64,000 bases of DNA from an uncultured Gammaproteobacteria bacterium (GCA_963776465.1 CAVZMV010000002.1:1350498-1414497), one strand, 5' to 3'. Counted from the stretch's first letter, positions 35,099 through 45,592 are shown. Notes: generated by a model from the letters alone, not told the origin. Program-made: numbers and translations.

Positions 35099-37729
35099 AT
35101 GACGGCTCGGATTACCCAGCAAGAGCTTGAGGCTTACCTCTGGGGTGCCGCGGTGCTCCTGCGTGGGACCATTGATGCCGGCGACTACAAGCAATTCATC
35201 TTTCCCCTGCTGTTCTATAAGCGCCTGTGCGACGTGTTCGACGAGGAGACGCGGGCCGCCTTGAAGGAATCCGGTGGCGATTCCAAGTTCGCAGCGTATC
35301 CAGAGAACCATCGCTTTCAAGTGCAGCAGGAAGCGCACTGGCGTGAGGTGAGGAAGGCGGCAAAGAACGTGGGCTCGGCGCTCCAAGCGGCGATGCGGGC
35401 CATCGAGACTGCGAATCCAGACAAGCTCTACGGCATCTTTGGCGACGCGCAGTGGACCAACAAAGACCGATTGCCGGACTCGATGTTGCGCGACCTTATC
35501 GAGCACTTCTCCACTCTGGAGCTCACTGTTGCCAACTTGCCCGAGGATGAGCTGGGGCAAGGCTACGAATACCTGATCAAGAAGTTTGCTGACGACTCCG
35601 GCCATACCGCGGCTGAGTTCTACACGAATCGCACGGTCGTGCACCTCATGACCGAGTTGCTTCAGCCGCAACCTGGCGAATCGATCTATGACCCGACGTG
35701 CGGGTCAGGCGGCATGCTCCTCTCCTGTATTACGCAGCTACGGCGCCAAGGCCGGGAGTGGCGCAACGTCAAGCTCTTCGGGCAGGAGCGCAACCTGATG
35801 ACGTCCTCGATCGCCCGGATGAACTGCTTCCTCCACGGTATCGAGCACTTCCAGATTGTTCGCGGCGACACTTTGTCGGAGCCGAAGCTTGTGGAAGGCG
35901 ACCGGCTGATGCGCTTCGACGTCGTGCTCGCAAACCCACCGTATTCAATTAAGCAGTGGGACCGCGACGCCTTTGCCTCCGATCCATGGGGCCGCAATCT
36001 TTATGGAACGCCGCCCCAAGGCCGCGCCGACTATTCCTTCTGGCAACACGTCCTATGTAGCCTCAAGGCCAAAACGGGTCGCTGCGCCATTCTGTTTCCG
36101 CATGGCGTTCTTTTCCGGCAGGAAGAGGCCGAGATGAGGCGCAAGCTGATCGAGGCAGACGTTATCGACTGTGTGATCGGGCTGGGCCCCAATTTGTTTT
36201 ATAACTCGCCGATGGAGGCCTGCGTTGTCATCTGTCGCGCCGCCAAGCCCAAGGCGCGGAAAGGAAAAATCCTCTTCATTAACGCAGTAAACGAGGTCAC
36301 TCGGGAGCGAGCGCAGAGTTTTCTGAAGGATGACCACATCGAGCGAGTGGTCGAGGCATATAAGGCATTTGAGGATGAAGAGGGTTTCACGCGTATCGCC
36401 TCAGTAGAGGATATTCGCAAGCAAGACTGGAGCATAAATCTTTCGCTCTATGTGGTGAACACTGAGCACCGGCGGACTGAAATCCGTGCGGCGAGCAGTT
36501 CGTTGGACAAGGTGTTCGCCACCTGGATCGATGGCGCGAAAGACGTGCGCCAAGCTTTGCGAGCCGTTCTGAACGACGAGGCAAATGGCAGCGACTTGTC
36601 TGACGTTCGTAAACTCACAATTGGAATGCCCGCGTGGCTCGACCGTTCAAAATGGCGGCGACTCACATTTGGTCAGATTGCGGAGAACATCCGCGACGTC
36701 GGTCAACCAATGCCGGAAGACTCCGCGACCTACATTGGTTTGGAGCACATGGACTCTGGTTCCCTTCGTGTCACCCGATGGGGCAGCGAGGCGGATCTGA
36801 AAGGACAGAAGCTGAAGATGCGCAAGGGAGATATCCTCTTCGCCAAGCGCAATGCTTATCTGCGCCGTGTTGCCATCGCTCCGCACGATGGGTTTTTCTC
36901 CGCGCACGGGATGATTCTTCGTGCAGTACCGGACGTCGCAGCGTCGGAGTTCCTCCCATTCTTCATGATGAGCGACCGTTTCATGAACCGGGCGGTCGAG
37001 ATATCCGTCGGATCGCTTTCTCCGACCATCAACTGGACAACTCTTAGAAGGGAGGAGTTTGACCTACCACCGCTCGATCAGCAGCGCCGCATTGCCGAAG
37101 TGCTCGGAACGCTTGACGCAGCGCGGTGCAAGTGCGCCGAGAATGCCGTCGCCCTTACGGCCTTGAAAATGTCACTATTTGGCAGGCAACTCTCGACGTA
37201 TGAAACAAAGCCGTTGTCGTCAGTGGTCGATTTTGTTGACGGTAAGCGCGTTCCGTTAAGTGAAAAGGAGCGCTCGACCCGAAAGGGGCCGTACCCTTAC
37301 TACGGGGCGTCCGGCGTGATTGACTCGGTCGACGGCTACCTGTTCGATGAACCTCTTGTGCTATTGAGCGAGGATGGATTCAACCTAGTTCATCGGAATT
37401 CGCGAATTGCGTTCAAGGTTGAAGGCAAGGTGTGGGTCAACAATCACGCGCACGTGCTGCGGCCCAAGCCCGATATCAATATTGATTTTCTCGCCGACTA
37501 CCTAGAGTCAATTTCCGTTGAGCCGTATATCACAGGAACATACCAACGCAAGTTGAACAAATCGGAGTGCGAGCGTATTCCGATTCCAGTCCCTCCCAAA
37601 CGAGTCCAAGATGACATTGCGAGGAGGATAGAAAGCATTGATTGTTCGTCGTCCAGAGTTAGTCGTCACACCGAAATATTGAAAGGTCTGGTTTCCTCGT
37701 TACTGAATGGCCTAGTGGCAATCGCATGA
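35099..37729 (+). CDS. second HsdM paralogue fused in frame to an HsdS specificity subunit with two TRDs
   Basis: The first ~470 aa are colinear with HsdM1 (YEYLIKKFA, FYTNR, DPTCGSGGML, NPPY). The last ~400 aa carry two target-recognition domains separated by conserved helices (LPPLDQQRRIAEVL, PVPPKRVQDDIARRI). Confidence 0.75.
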   Translation: MTARITQQELEAYLWGAAVLLRGTIDAGDYKQFIFPLLFYKRLCDVFDEETRAALKESGGDSKFAAYPENHRFQVQQEAHWREVRKAAKNVGSALQAAMRAIETANPDKLYGIFGDAQWTNKDRLPDSMLRDLIEHFSTLELTVANLPEDELGQGYEYLIKKFADDSGHTAAEFYTNRTVVHLMTELLQPQPGESIYDPTCGSGGMLLSCITQLRRQGREWRNVKLFGQERNLMTSSIARMNCFLHGIEHFQIVRGDTLSEPKLVEGDRLMRFDVVLANPPYSIKQWDRDAFASDPWGRNLYGTPPQGRADYSFWQHVLCSLKAKTGRCAILFPHGVLFRQEEAEMRRKLIEADVIDCVIGLGPNLFYNSPMEACVVICRAAKPKARKGKILFINAVNEVTRERAQSFLKDDHIERVVEAYKAFEDEEGFTRIASVEDIRKQDWSINLSLYVVNTEHRRTEIRAASSSLDKVFATWIDGAKDVRQALRAVLNDEANGSDLSDVRKLTIGMPAWLDRSKWRRLTFGQIAENIRDVGQPMPEDSATYIGLEHMDSGSLRVTRWGSEADLKGQKLKMRKGDILFAKRNAYLRRVAIAPHDGFFSAHGMILRAVPDVAASEFLPFFMMSDRFMNRAVEISVGSLSPTINWTTLRREEFDLPPLDQQRRIAEVLGTLDAARCKCAENAVALTALKMSLFGRQLSTYETKPLSSVVDFVDGKRVPLSEKERSTRKGPYPYYGASGVIDSVDGYLFDEPLVLLSEDGFNLVHRNSRIAFKVEGKVWVNNHAHVLRPKPDINIDFLADYLESISVEPYITGTYQRKLNKSECERIPIPVPPKRVQDDIARRIESIDCSSSRVSRHTEILKGLVSSLLNGLVAIA

Positions 37730-40700
37730 GTTTCACGGAATCCAACACCGTCGAGCAGATGATTCTTGACGCCGTCACCAAGCACGGCGCGCCGCTCGGT
37801 ATTCGTCAGGAATCTCCCGGCTGGGGCAAGACACTCGGCACAGAGTTTCGACCGGATCGCTGGAACTACGTCCCCGGTCCCCAGCTTCCGCGCCAGCTCG
37901 CCGATGTGATGGTCGAGCCTTGGGTACGCGAGGCGCTCGTCCGCCTCAATCCCGAGATCGCCGCCCAGCCTGATCGTGCCGACGAAGTGATCTACAACCT
38001 CCGCGCCTGCATTCTCTCGGTGCAGGCGGATGGGCTGGTGCGGGCAAACGAGAACTTCATGGCCTGGCTGCGGGGCGAGAAGACGATGCCGTTCGGTCCG
38101 AATGGCGAGCATGTAGGCGTGCGCTTGGTGGATGCACAGTCGCCCGGTAACAACCGGCTCGTGGTCTGCAATCAGTGGACCTTCCAAGTCGGCACCGCAG
38201 AGAAGCGGTTCGACATAGTGTTCGTCGTTAACGGGTTGCCGCTGGTGATCGGCGAAGCCAAAACACCGACGCGTAGCGCGGTCACATGGTTCGACGGCGC
38301 CTACCAGGTCAACGAGATCTACGAGAAGCAGATCCCGGCGATGTTCGTCCCGAACGTCTTCTCCTTCGCCACCGAGGGAAAGCTGTTCCGCTATGGCTCG
38401 ATCCGGATGCCAATCGACATCTGGGGGCCATGGCGCGACGAGGAGAATCAGGAAGAAGGGCAGCTGCAAGCATGTGCGGGCGGCTGTGGAGAGCATGCTG
38501 CGACCAGAGGTGGTGCTAGACATCCTGCAGAACTTCACGCTCTTCGCGACCGATAAGCAAGCACCGGCGCATTAAGCTGATCTGCCGCTACCAGCAGTAT
38601 TTCACCACCAACCAGATTGTTGACCGTGTGGTGAAGGGCGATCCCAAGAAAGGGCTGATCTGGCATTTCCAGGGCAGCGGCAAGTCGCTGCTGATGGTCT
38701 TCGCCGCGCAGAAGCTGCGGCTGCATCCGCAGCTCGGCAACCCGACCGTGATGATCGTGGTGGACCGCATCGATCTCGACACGCAGATCACCGCCACCTT
38801 CAACGCCTCCGACGTGCCGAACATGGTCGGCGTGGCGATTCCCGGCAGGAGCTGCAGAAACTGCTCAGGCCAGGACGTGCGCAAGGTGCTGATCACGACG
38901 ATCCACAAGTTCGCCGAGGCCGGCGGCAAGCTGAACGAGCGCTCCAACATCATCGTGATGGTGGACGAGGCGCATCGCACCCAGGAAGGCGACCTCGGTC
39001 GCAAGATGCGTGATGCGCTGCCGAACGCTTTCCTGTTCGGACTAACTGGCACGCCGATCAATCGCGCGGATCGCAATACGTTCTGGGCGTTTGGGGCGGA
39101 AGAGGACGGTGAGCAGGGCTACATGAGCCGCTATTCGTTCCAGGACTCGATCCGGGACAAGGCGACTCTGCCGCTGCACTTCGAGGCGCCGGAGGTGAGG
39201 CTGAAGATCGACAAGGCGGCCATCGACGAGGCCTACAAGCAGATCACTGGCGAATTGAGCGAGCAGGACCGCGACGATCTCGCGCAAGCGCGCCGCCAAG
39301 ATGGCCGTGCTGGTGAAGAATCCAGAGCGCGTTCGCGCAGTCGTGCAGCACATCGTGAAGCACTACCAGCAGAAGGTGGAGCCAAACGGATTCAAGGCGC
39401 AGGTCGTTGTGTTCGACCGCGAGTGCTGCGTGCTCTACAAGGCCGTGATGGACGAGCTGATTGGTCCGGATGCCAGCGCCATCGTGATGAGCACCGCGCC
39501 AGGCGATCCGCCCGAGTGGAAACAGCATATCCGGGACAAGGATGCGGAAGAGAAGCTGCTGGATCGTTTTCGCGATCCGGCCGACCCTCTCAAGTTCGTC
39601 ATCGTCACGAGCAAGCTGCTCACCGGCTTCGACGCGCCGATCCTGCAGGTGATGTATCTGGACAAGCCGATGAAGGATCACAACCTTCTGCAGGCCATCT
39701 GCCGCACCAACCGCACGTTCGGTCAGGAGAAGACTCACGGTCTGATCGTCGACTACATCGGCATCTTCGATGACGTCGCGCGCGCGCTGGACTTCGACGA
39801 GAAGGCAGTGCAGCAGGTTGTCTCGAATATCGACGAGCTGCGCAAGGCGTTACCGACGCAGATGCAGAAGTGCCTCGCGTTCTTCGCCGGCGTGGACCGC
39901 ACCGTCGGCGGTTACGAGGGGCTCATGGCGGCGCAGCAGTGCCTCCCGAACAACGACGTGCGAGACAAGTTCGCCGCCGAATATTCGGTGCTCGGCACGA
40001 TCTGGGAGGCGCTGTCGCCGGACCCGGTGCCTGACGCCCTACGAGAACGACTACCGGTGGCTCACGCAGGTCTACGAATCGGTGAAGCCGCCCAGCGGGA
40101 ACGGCAAACTCCTATGGCATGCATTGGGCGCAAAGACTGTCGAGCTGATCAACGAGAACGTGCACGTCGAGTCGGTGCGCGATGACGTCGAGACGCTGGT
40201 GATGGACGCCCAGGTCCTGGAAGGAATCTTGAACGACGCCGAGCCGGGTAAGAAGGCCAAGGAGATCGAAATCAAGCTCGTTGCGCGCCTGCGCAAGCAT
40301 CTCGGCAATCCCAAGTTCACGGAGCTAGGGGAGCGCCTCGAGAAGATCAAAGAGCGCCATGAGCAGGGCTTCCTGACCAGCCTGGAGTTCCTTAAAGCAG
40401 ATCCTGGAAGTGGCCAAGGAAGTGGTGGAGGCTGAGAAGAAGACCGATCCCGAAGAGGAGCGCGACAAGGCCAAGGAGGCCCTGACGGAACTCTTCAAGG
40501 AAGCGAAGAACGGCAATACGCACATCATCGTCGAGCGCATCGTCGCGGACATCGACGACATCGTGAAAAAAGTTCGCTTCGACGATTGGCAGCAGACGTC
40601 TCAGGGTGAGCGCCTGGTACAGAAGGAACTGCGGAAGGTGTTGCTCAAATATCAGCTGCACCGGGACCAGGAGCTGTTTGACCGGGCGTATGGGTATATC

Positions 40701-40772
40701 AAGCAGGTCCTACTGAGGAGCGCCTCTGGAGTTCTGGCGCCTGACAGCGCTGATAGAAGGTTCACCAGATGA
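37726..40772 (+). pseudogene. hsdR: Type I restriction endonuclease subunit HsdR, broken by at least five frameshifts
   Basis: ATG 37726 forms an ATGA overlap with the M-S gene. HsdR-like sequence (nuclease N-domain, WHFQGSGKS, VDEAHRTQ, GTPI, LLTGFDAP, QAICRTNR) runs through ORFs in frames 1, 2, 0, 1, 2, 0. Breaks are near 38467, 38558, 39285, 40033 and 40396. Confidence 0.8.
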
Positions 40773-40849
40773 ACTAGCGCCGAAGTTGCCGAATGAGCCC
40801 GAAGATTTGGCGATTCTTTGCTCAAAAACTGCCGCCTGGGTTGCACTAG

Positions 40850-40899
40850 AAAGGCAAGGGGCCTACGCTCGCACTGGCGAGCGTAGGCCCCTTGCCTTT
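40850..40899. terminator. 22-bp perfect-stem hairpin
   Basis: AAAGGCAAGGGGCCTACGCTCG cactgg CGAGCGTAGGCCCCTTGCCTTT followed by T, about 80 nt after the end of hsdR. Confidence 0.7.
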
Positions 40900-40918
40900 T
40901 CGAAGTCGTCACGGTGCT

Positions 40919-41119
40919 ATGAAATCTGAAGACAAGCTGTCCAAGAATCGATCGAAAATCAGCCAAGTCTCGTTTGACTTCGATTCAAAGACCGTCGCGC
41001 CAAGTAGTAACGATCGCAAGGTTGTAAATATTCGTACTCGCGAAACTGTTTCGAAAGGCGAAAGCGGCAAGCTTCTGGATAAGATTCTCGCGAGAGCTAA
41101 GCTCGTCGATTGGGATTGA
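40919..41119 (+). CDS. small hypothetical ORF (66 aa)
   Basis: It lies in a low-GC stretch between the hairpin and the deaminase gene. I recognised no family. Confidence 0.3.
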   Translation: MKSEDKLSKNRSKISQVSFDFDSKTVAPSSNDRKVVNIRTRETVSKGESGKLLDKILARAKLVDWD

Positions 41120-41399
41120 CTGACCAGCGCTACTTGGTCTGGCGCAGCTAAGATCGGGTACCAAACTGAGCGCACAACCTGCAAGAGCACTGGGAGATCA
41201 GGCTCAATCCGCAGGTGAGAGGCCTTTACGCGATCGGCTCCAGGACCGTGAATCGCAAGAGCTCGTCCTAGCATTTAGCGGAGCGGTCGGAGCAGGTATC
41301 CAGGAAGTAACCGGGATTTTCTCCGAAGAGCTGCGACGACTCAGCTATCGAATCGCCAACATCAAAGTAAGCGCGTTAATCAGCGAGCATGCGGCGCGT

Positions 41400-42761
41400 T
41401 TGTTGGCATTGCGGGGCCGGCACAACGAGTTTGGCGATTTAGCAAGCACAACTGGCCTTGATCGGATTAAGCGATATCAAGACGCTGGGAATGCGCTTCG
41501 CGAAACGTTCGGATGCGACATCCTGGCGCAGCTCGTTGTCGCCAAGATCGTGCTTGAAAGTCGGAACGAAAATGAGCCAGATGTTCAGGCTAAGGCGCCC
41601 CCCCGCGTTGCTTATTTCATTGACTCTCTTAAACATCAAGATGAAGTCAAATTTCTACGTCAGATTTATGGAAACAACTTTTACTTAGTGGGTGTCCTTT
41701 CCGCGGAGCAACATCGCAGCAACCGGCTTCAACAGGACACCGGCAAGTCTGCGGCCTTGGTTAAGGAACTAATCGATAGAGACCGGAAAGAGGACGTAGA
41801 TCACGGTCAGCAGCTGGACAAGTCTCTGAAACTCTCCGATTTCTTCATTCGTAATTCACCGGGAAGCAAAGAGGCAATCGAGCGTCACGTCGTGCGATTT
41901 GGCAAGGTGATGCACGGAGGTGTTGACGTCACTCCGACGAGAGACGAATTCGGGATGTATGTTGCCTATTCGTCCGGCTTAGCGTCGGCTTGCATGTCAC
42001 GACAAGTAGGCGCCTCGATTCTGGACGCTGAGGGAACGGTTCTATCGACGGGCTGCAATGATGTTCCTAAAGCCGGCGGCGGTCTCTACACCACAGGAGA
42101 CAATGACTTCCGGTGTGTAATGGGAATGCCTGGCATTTGTCATAACGATGCCGAGAAGGACGACATTCGAAAAGAGATTCAGCAGATTCTTGAGGAGGCC
42201 AACCTTGCAAAGCCCGACGCTGAAAAGGTGGCGTTGCGAATCAGGAAGGATACGCGTCTCGGTGACCTGATCGAATTTTCGCGAGCAGTGCATGCCGAGA
42301 TGGATGCTCTTATAGCGGTGGCACGAAAAGGTAGCGGCTCCGTACAGGGTGCTACGCTCTATTCGACGACATATCCGTGTCACAACTGCGCCAGACACAT
42401 TTTGGCATCTGGTATTTCTCGAGTGTTTTTTATTGAACCTTACGAGAAAAGTTTGGCGGTCAAGTTGCACTCCGACGCCATCGTTCACGATTCTGAACCC
42501 CGCGACACTGTGCGCGCGAAAGTCCCGTTCTTGCACTTCGAAGGGGTAGCGCCACGGCGCTACCAAGATTTGTTTCTCTTCCCTTCAGGCCGGAAAGATT
42601 CTACGGGAAGGAGACTACAGCAGAATCTCACCGACGCGCCCAAAAAAATACCTCAGATGCTCGATAGCTATTTGGATATCGAGAGCAAGATCGTAGAGAC
42701 GTTGGTGAATCAGAACATGCTGGAGCGCGCTAAAACACCTGGCACGCCTCAGCAGCCCTAG
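41400..42761 (+). CDS. anti-phage dCTP/dCMP deaminase (AvcD/DCD-like)
   Basis: The C-terminal zinc deaminase motifs are AVHAEMDAL and YPCHNCARHI. The N-terminal half is nucleotide-kinase-like. The same frame stays open upstream to 41124 and encodes ELVLAFSGAVGAG at 41259-41297, but it has no ATG, GTG or TTG before TTG 41400. Confidence 0.75.
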   Translation: MLALRGRHNEFGDLASTTGLDRIKRYQDAGNALRETFGCDILAQLVVAKIVLESRNENEPDVQAKAPPRVAYFIDSLKHQDEVKFLRQIYGNNFYLVGVLSAEQHRSNRLQQDTGKSAALVKELIDRDRKEDVDHGQQLDKSLKLSDFFIRNSPGSKEAIERHVVRFGKVMHGGVDVTPTRDEFGMYVAYSSGLASACMSRQVGASILDAEGTVLSTGCNDVPKAGGGLYTTGDNDFRCVMGMPGICHNDAEKDDIRKEIQQILEEANLAKPDAEKVALRIRKDTRLGDLIEFSRAVHAEMDALIAVARKGSGSVQGATLYSTTYPCHNCARHILASGISRVFFIEPYEKSLAVKLHSDAIVHDSEPRDTVRAKVPFLHFEGVAPRRYQDLFLFPSGRKDSTGRRLQQNLTDAPKKIPQMLDSYLDIESKIVETLVNQNMLERAKTPGTPQQP

Positions 42762-42935
42762 CGATCGCAGGTATTCGCGGACTGTTGCCCAAGGAGTTCA
42801 CGTTTGGTGCGCGCGGACTAATAAGCAATAGGTCTCACCCAGTTGTCGGTGGGCGTGCCTCAGCCTGGCTACGTGTTAGAGAATGAGTTCGCTCCGCCCT
42901 GCATAGCTGGGGTAATGGCGACGTCGAGCTACCAC

Positions 42936-44693
42936 TCAACCTGACCGCTTCGCCTTCCCCTGCGGTTTCGGTCTGCGCTCCGGCGCGCCTTCGCTGCTCA
43001 CCTTGCTGATCTGCAGCTGCCTGCCACTGACCCACACCTTCTTCAGGCCGTGGAAGATGTCCTTGGGGATGCCTTCGGGTAACTCGACGATGCTGTGATC
43101 GTCCAGGATCTGCACGCGGCCGATGAACTGGCTGTCGAGTCCGGCTTCGTTGGTGATGGCGCCGACGATGTTGCCGACCTTCACGCCGTGCACGGCTCCG
43201 ACTTCGATGCGGAAGGTCTCGAAGCCGACGTCATGGCGCTTCGGCCGCCGCGGCTTCTCGACCGCACGCTCGCGCTCGCGTGATGGACGCTCCTCGGCGT
43301 TCTTGAACTCCGCTGCGGGCGCGGCCGGCGTCTCCGGCTCGACTCGCGCCGCCGCCGCCATCGGCGGTGCAGCACCCTGAGCGAGAAGCGCAAGCGCTGC
43401 CGCGACTTCGCGCGCGGAGACTTTGTATTCGCGCTCGTATTGCTCGACCACGGCCTGCAGCTGGCGCAGCCCGTCGGCAAGCTCGGCGTTGCGCAGCGTC
43501 TGCGTGATGGTGTCCTTGAACTTGGCGATGCGCTTGTCTTGCACGCTCTCGGCGGTGGGCAGCTGCATCTCCGCGATGTTCTGACGCGTGGCGCGCTCGA
43601 TCATCTTGAGCATGTGCCGCTCGCGCGGCGCCACGAACAGGATCGCTTCACCCTTGCGGCCGGCGCGTCCGGTGCGCCCGATGCGATGGATGTAGGCCTC
43701 GGTGTCGCTCGGGATGTCGTAATTGATCACGTGGCTGATGCGATCGACGTCGAGCCCGCGGGCGGCGATGTCAGTGGCGACGATGATGTCGAGCTCGCCG
43801 TTCTTCAACCTGGTGATGGTGCGCTCGCGCTGGCGCTGATCCAGGTCGCCGTTGAGCGGCGCCACCGCGAAGCCGCGCGCTTCCAGGCGCTGGGCCAGCT
43901 CGGCGGACGCAAGCTTGGTGCGCGTGAAGATGATCATGCCGTCGAACGGCTCGGCCTCGAGGATGCGCGTGAGGGCGTCGATCTTGCTGCCAGTCGTCAT
44001 CCAGTAGCGCTGGCGGGTGTTGGCGACGGTCGAGGTCTTGTTACGGATGGTGATCTCGACCGGCGTCTTCAGGTGCGTCTGCGCGATGCGGCGGATCGCC
44101 GGCGGCATCGTTGCGGAGAACAGCGCGACCTGGCGCGTCGGCGGCGTCTGCTTGAGGATCTTCTCGACGTCGTCGATGAAGCCCATGCGCAGCATCTCGT
44201 CGGCTTCGTCGAGCACCAGGCAGGTGAGCGTGCCGAGCTTCAGCGTGCCGCGCTCCATGTGATCGATGACGCGGCCCGGCGTGCCGACGACGACGTGCGC
44301 GCCGCGCTTGAGGCTGCTGAGCTGCGGCCCGTAGCTCTGGCCACCGTAGATCGGCAGCACGTGGAAGCCCGGCAGATGCGCGGCATATTTCTGGAACGCC
44401 TCGGCGACCTGGATCGCGAGCTCGCGCGTGGGCGTGAGGACCAGCGCCTGCACGACCGGCTTGCGCAGATCCAGGCGCGACAGCACCGGCAGCGCAAACG
44501 CGGCGGTCTTCCCGGTGCCGGTCTGCGCCTGGCCGACCAGATCGCGGCCTTCGAGCAGCGGCGGAATGGTCGCCGCCTGGATCGGGGAGGGCGATTCGTA
44601 GCCGACGTCGTTCAGCGCCTTGAGCAGCGGCTCGCTGAGCGCAAGGTCGCGGAAGGTTGGGGCGGTTGCGGCTGGGTCGGTGGGCATGGGCAT
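42936..44693 (-). CDS. deaD: DEAD-box ATP-dependent RNA helicase
   Basis: The F...PSPIQ Q-motif, AQTGTGKT, DEAD, SAT and HRIGRTGRAG are present, with a long C-terminal RNA-binding extension. Confidence 0.85.
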   Translation of the reverse strand: MPMPTDPAATAPTFRDLALSEPLLKALNDVGYESPSPIQAATIPPLLEGRDLVGQAQTGTGKTAAFALPVLSRLDLRKPVVQALVLTPTRELAIQVAEAFQKYAAHLPGFHVLPIYGGQSYGPQLSSLKRGAHVVVGTPGRVIDHMERGTLKLGTLTCLVLDEADEMLRMGFIDDVEKILKQTPPTRQVALFSATMPPAIRRIAQTHLKTPVEITIRNKTSTVANTRQRYWMTTGSKIDALTRILEAEPFDGMIIFTRTKLASAELAQRLEARGFAVAPLNGDLDQRQRERTITRLKNGELDIIVATDIAARGLDVDRISHVINYDIPSDTEAYIHRIGRTGRAGRKGEAILFVAPRERHMLKMIERATRQNIAEMQLPTAESVQDKRIAKFKDTITQTLRNAELADGLRQLQAVVEQYEREYKVSAREVAAALALLAQGAAPPMAAAARVEPETPAAPAAEFKNAEERPSRERERAVEKPRRPKRHDVGFETFRIEVGAVHGVKVGNIVGAITNEAGLDSQFIGRVQILDDHSIVELPEGIPKDIFHGLKKVWVSGRQLQISKVSSEGAPERRPKPQGKAKRSG

Positions 44694-44891
44694 AGCGTGT
44701 CATAAAGACACGCCTGCCCGCTCTTTTACGGCCCCGCGTCCGCCTTCAGGCACCAGTTGCGCAAATGGTTGCAATCGACGTCCGGGGGGCGGGGGTAGGC
44801 TCATGCAGTGAGCCTCTCACCGAGGAATATAGAGCGAGGACTCGGCCGGGAGCGAAGATGGGTATGAACCACTGGTTGACGCCAATTCGCG

Positions 44892-44909
44892 TGTGAACTA
44901 GAGTTCACA
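44892..44909. promoter_or_regulatory. perfect palindrome at the toxin start, candidate TA operator
   Basis: TGTGAACT ag AGTTCACA ends on the A of ATG 44909. Confidence 0.45.
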
Positions 44910-45214
44910 TGACTCTCACGCTCGTCCGCAGCAAGACCTTCGCCGACTGGCTCAACGCCCTCGGCGACCGCAATGCCAAGACACGCATCGCAGTTCGCCT
45001 GGATCGGCTGGCCCTCGGAAATCCTGGAGACGTGAAGCCGATCGGCGAGGGGCTGTCCGAGATGAGAATCGACTATGGTCCCGGTTATCGGGTGTATTAC
45101 ATGCAGCGAGGTATTCAGGTCATTGTTCTGCTCTGCGGGGGCGATAAGCGGACGCAAGACAAGGACATAGGGATCGCAAAGGCAATCGCAGCGCAATGGC
45201 TCGACGACTCATGA
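44909..45214 (+). CDS. addiction-module killer protein (RelE/ParE superfamily)
   Basis: FADWLNAL.D...K.RI..RL.RL..GN.GD.KP.GEG.SE.RIDYGPGYRVYY matches the family pattern. Confidence 0.8.
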   Translation: MTLTLVRSKTFADWLNALGDRNAKTRIAVRLDRLALGNPGDVKPIGEGLSEMRIDYGPGYRVYYMQRGIQVIVLLCGGDKRTQDKDIGIAKAIAAQWLDDS

Positions 45215-45570
45215 AGATCAAGGAAGCGTTCGCTCGCTACGACAGCGCCGAGCATCTCAAGGACGAGGCTGATATCGCTGCTTACATGAACGCTGCGATG
45301 GAAGAAGCTGGTGACGACCCAGCGTTCGTCATGCACGCGCTCGGCGTGGTCGCGCGTGCTCGCGGCATGACGCAGCTCGCAGAAGCGACGGCGATCACTC
45401 GCGAGGGGCTGTACAAAGCTCTTTCGGGGAATGGCAATCCGAGCTTCGGCACCGTGGTCAAGGTTGCCAAGGCGATGGGGCTGAAGATCGAGATGAGGCC
45501 GATCAAAGCCCAGAAAACGACGGGGCGCCGCCGTTCCGCGAAATCAAACAAGAAGGCCGCTCATTCCTGA
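45211..45570 (+). CDS. addiction-module antidote protein (HigA-family HTH)
   Basis: It forms an ATGA overlap with the toxin stop. It has YDSAEHLKDEADIAAYMNAAME and the HTH GMTQLAEATAITREGLYKALSG. Confidence 0.8.
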   Translation: MKIKEAFARYDSAEHLKDEADIAAYMNAAMEEAGDDPAFVMHALGVVARARGMTQLAEATAITREGLYKALSGNGNPSFGTVVKVAKAMGLKIEMRPIKAQKTTGRRRSAKSNKKAAHS

Positions 45571-45592
45571 GCAGCCCAGGTACAGCTGGCGG

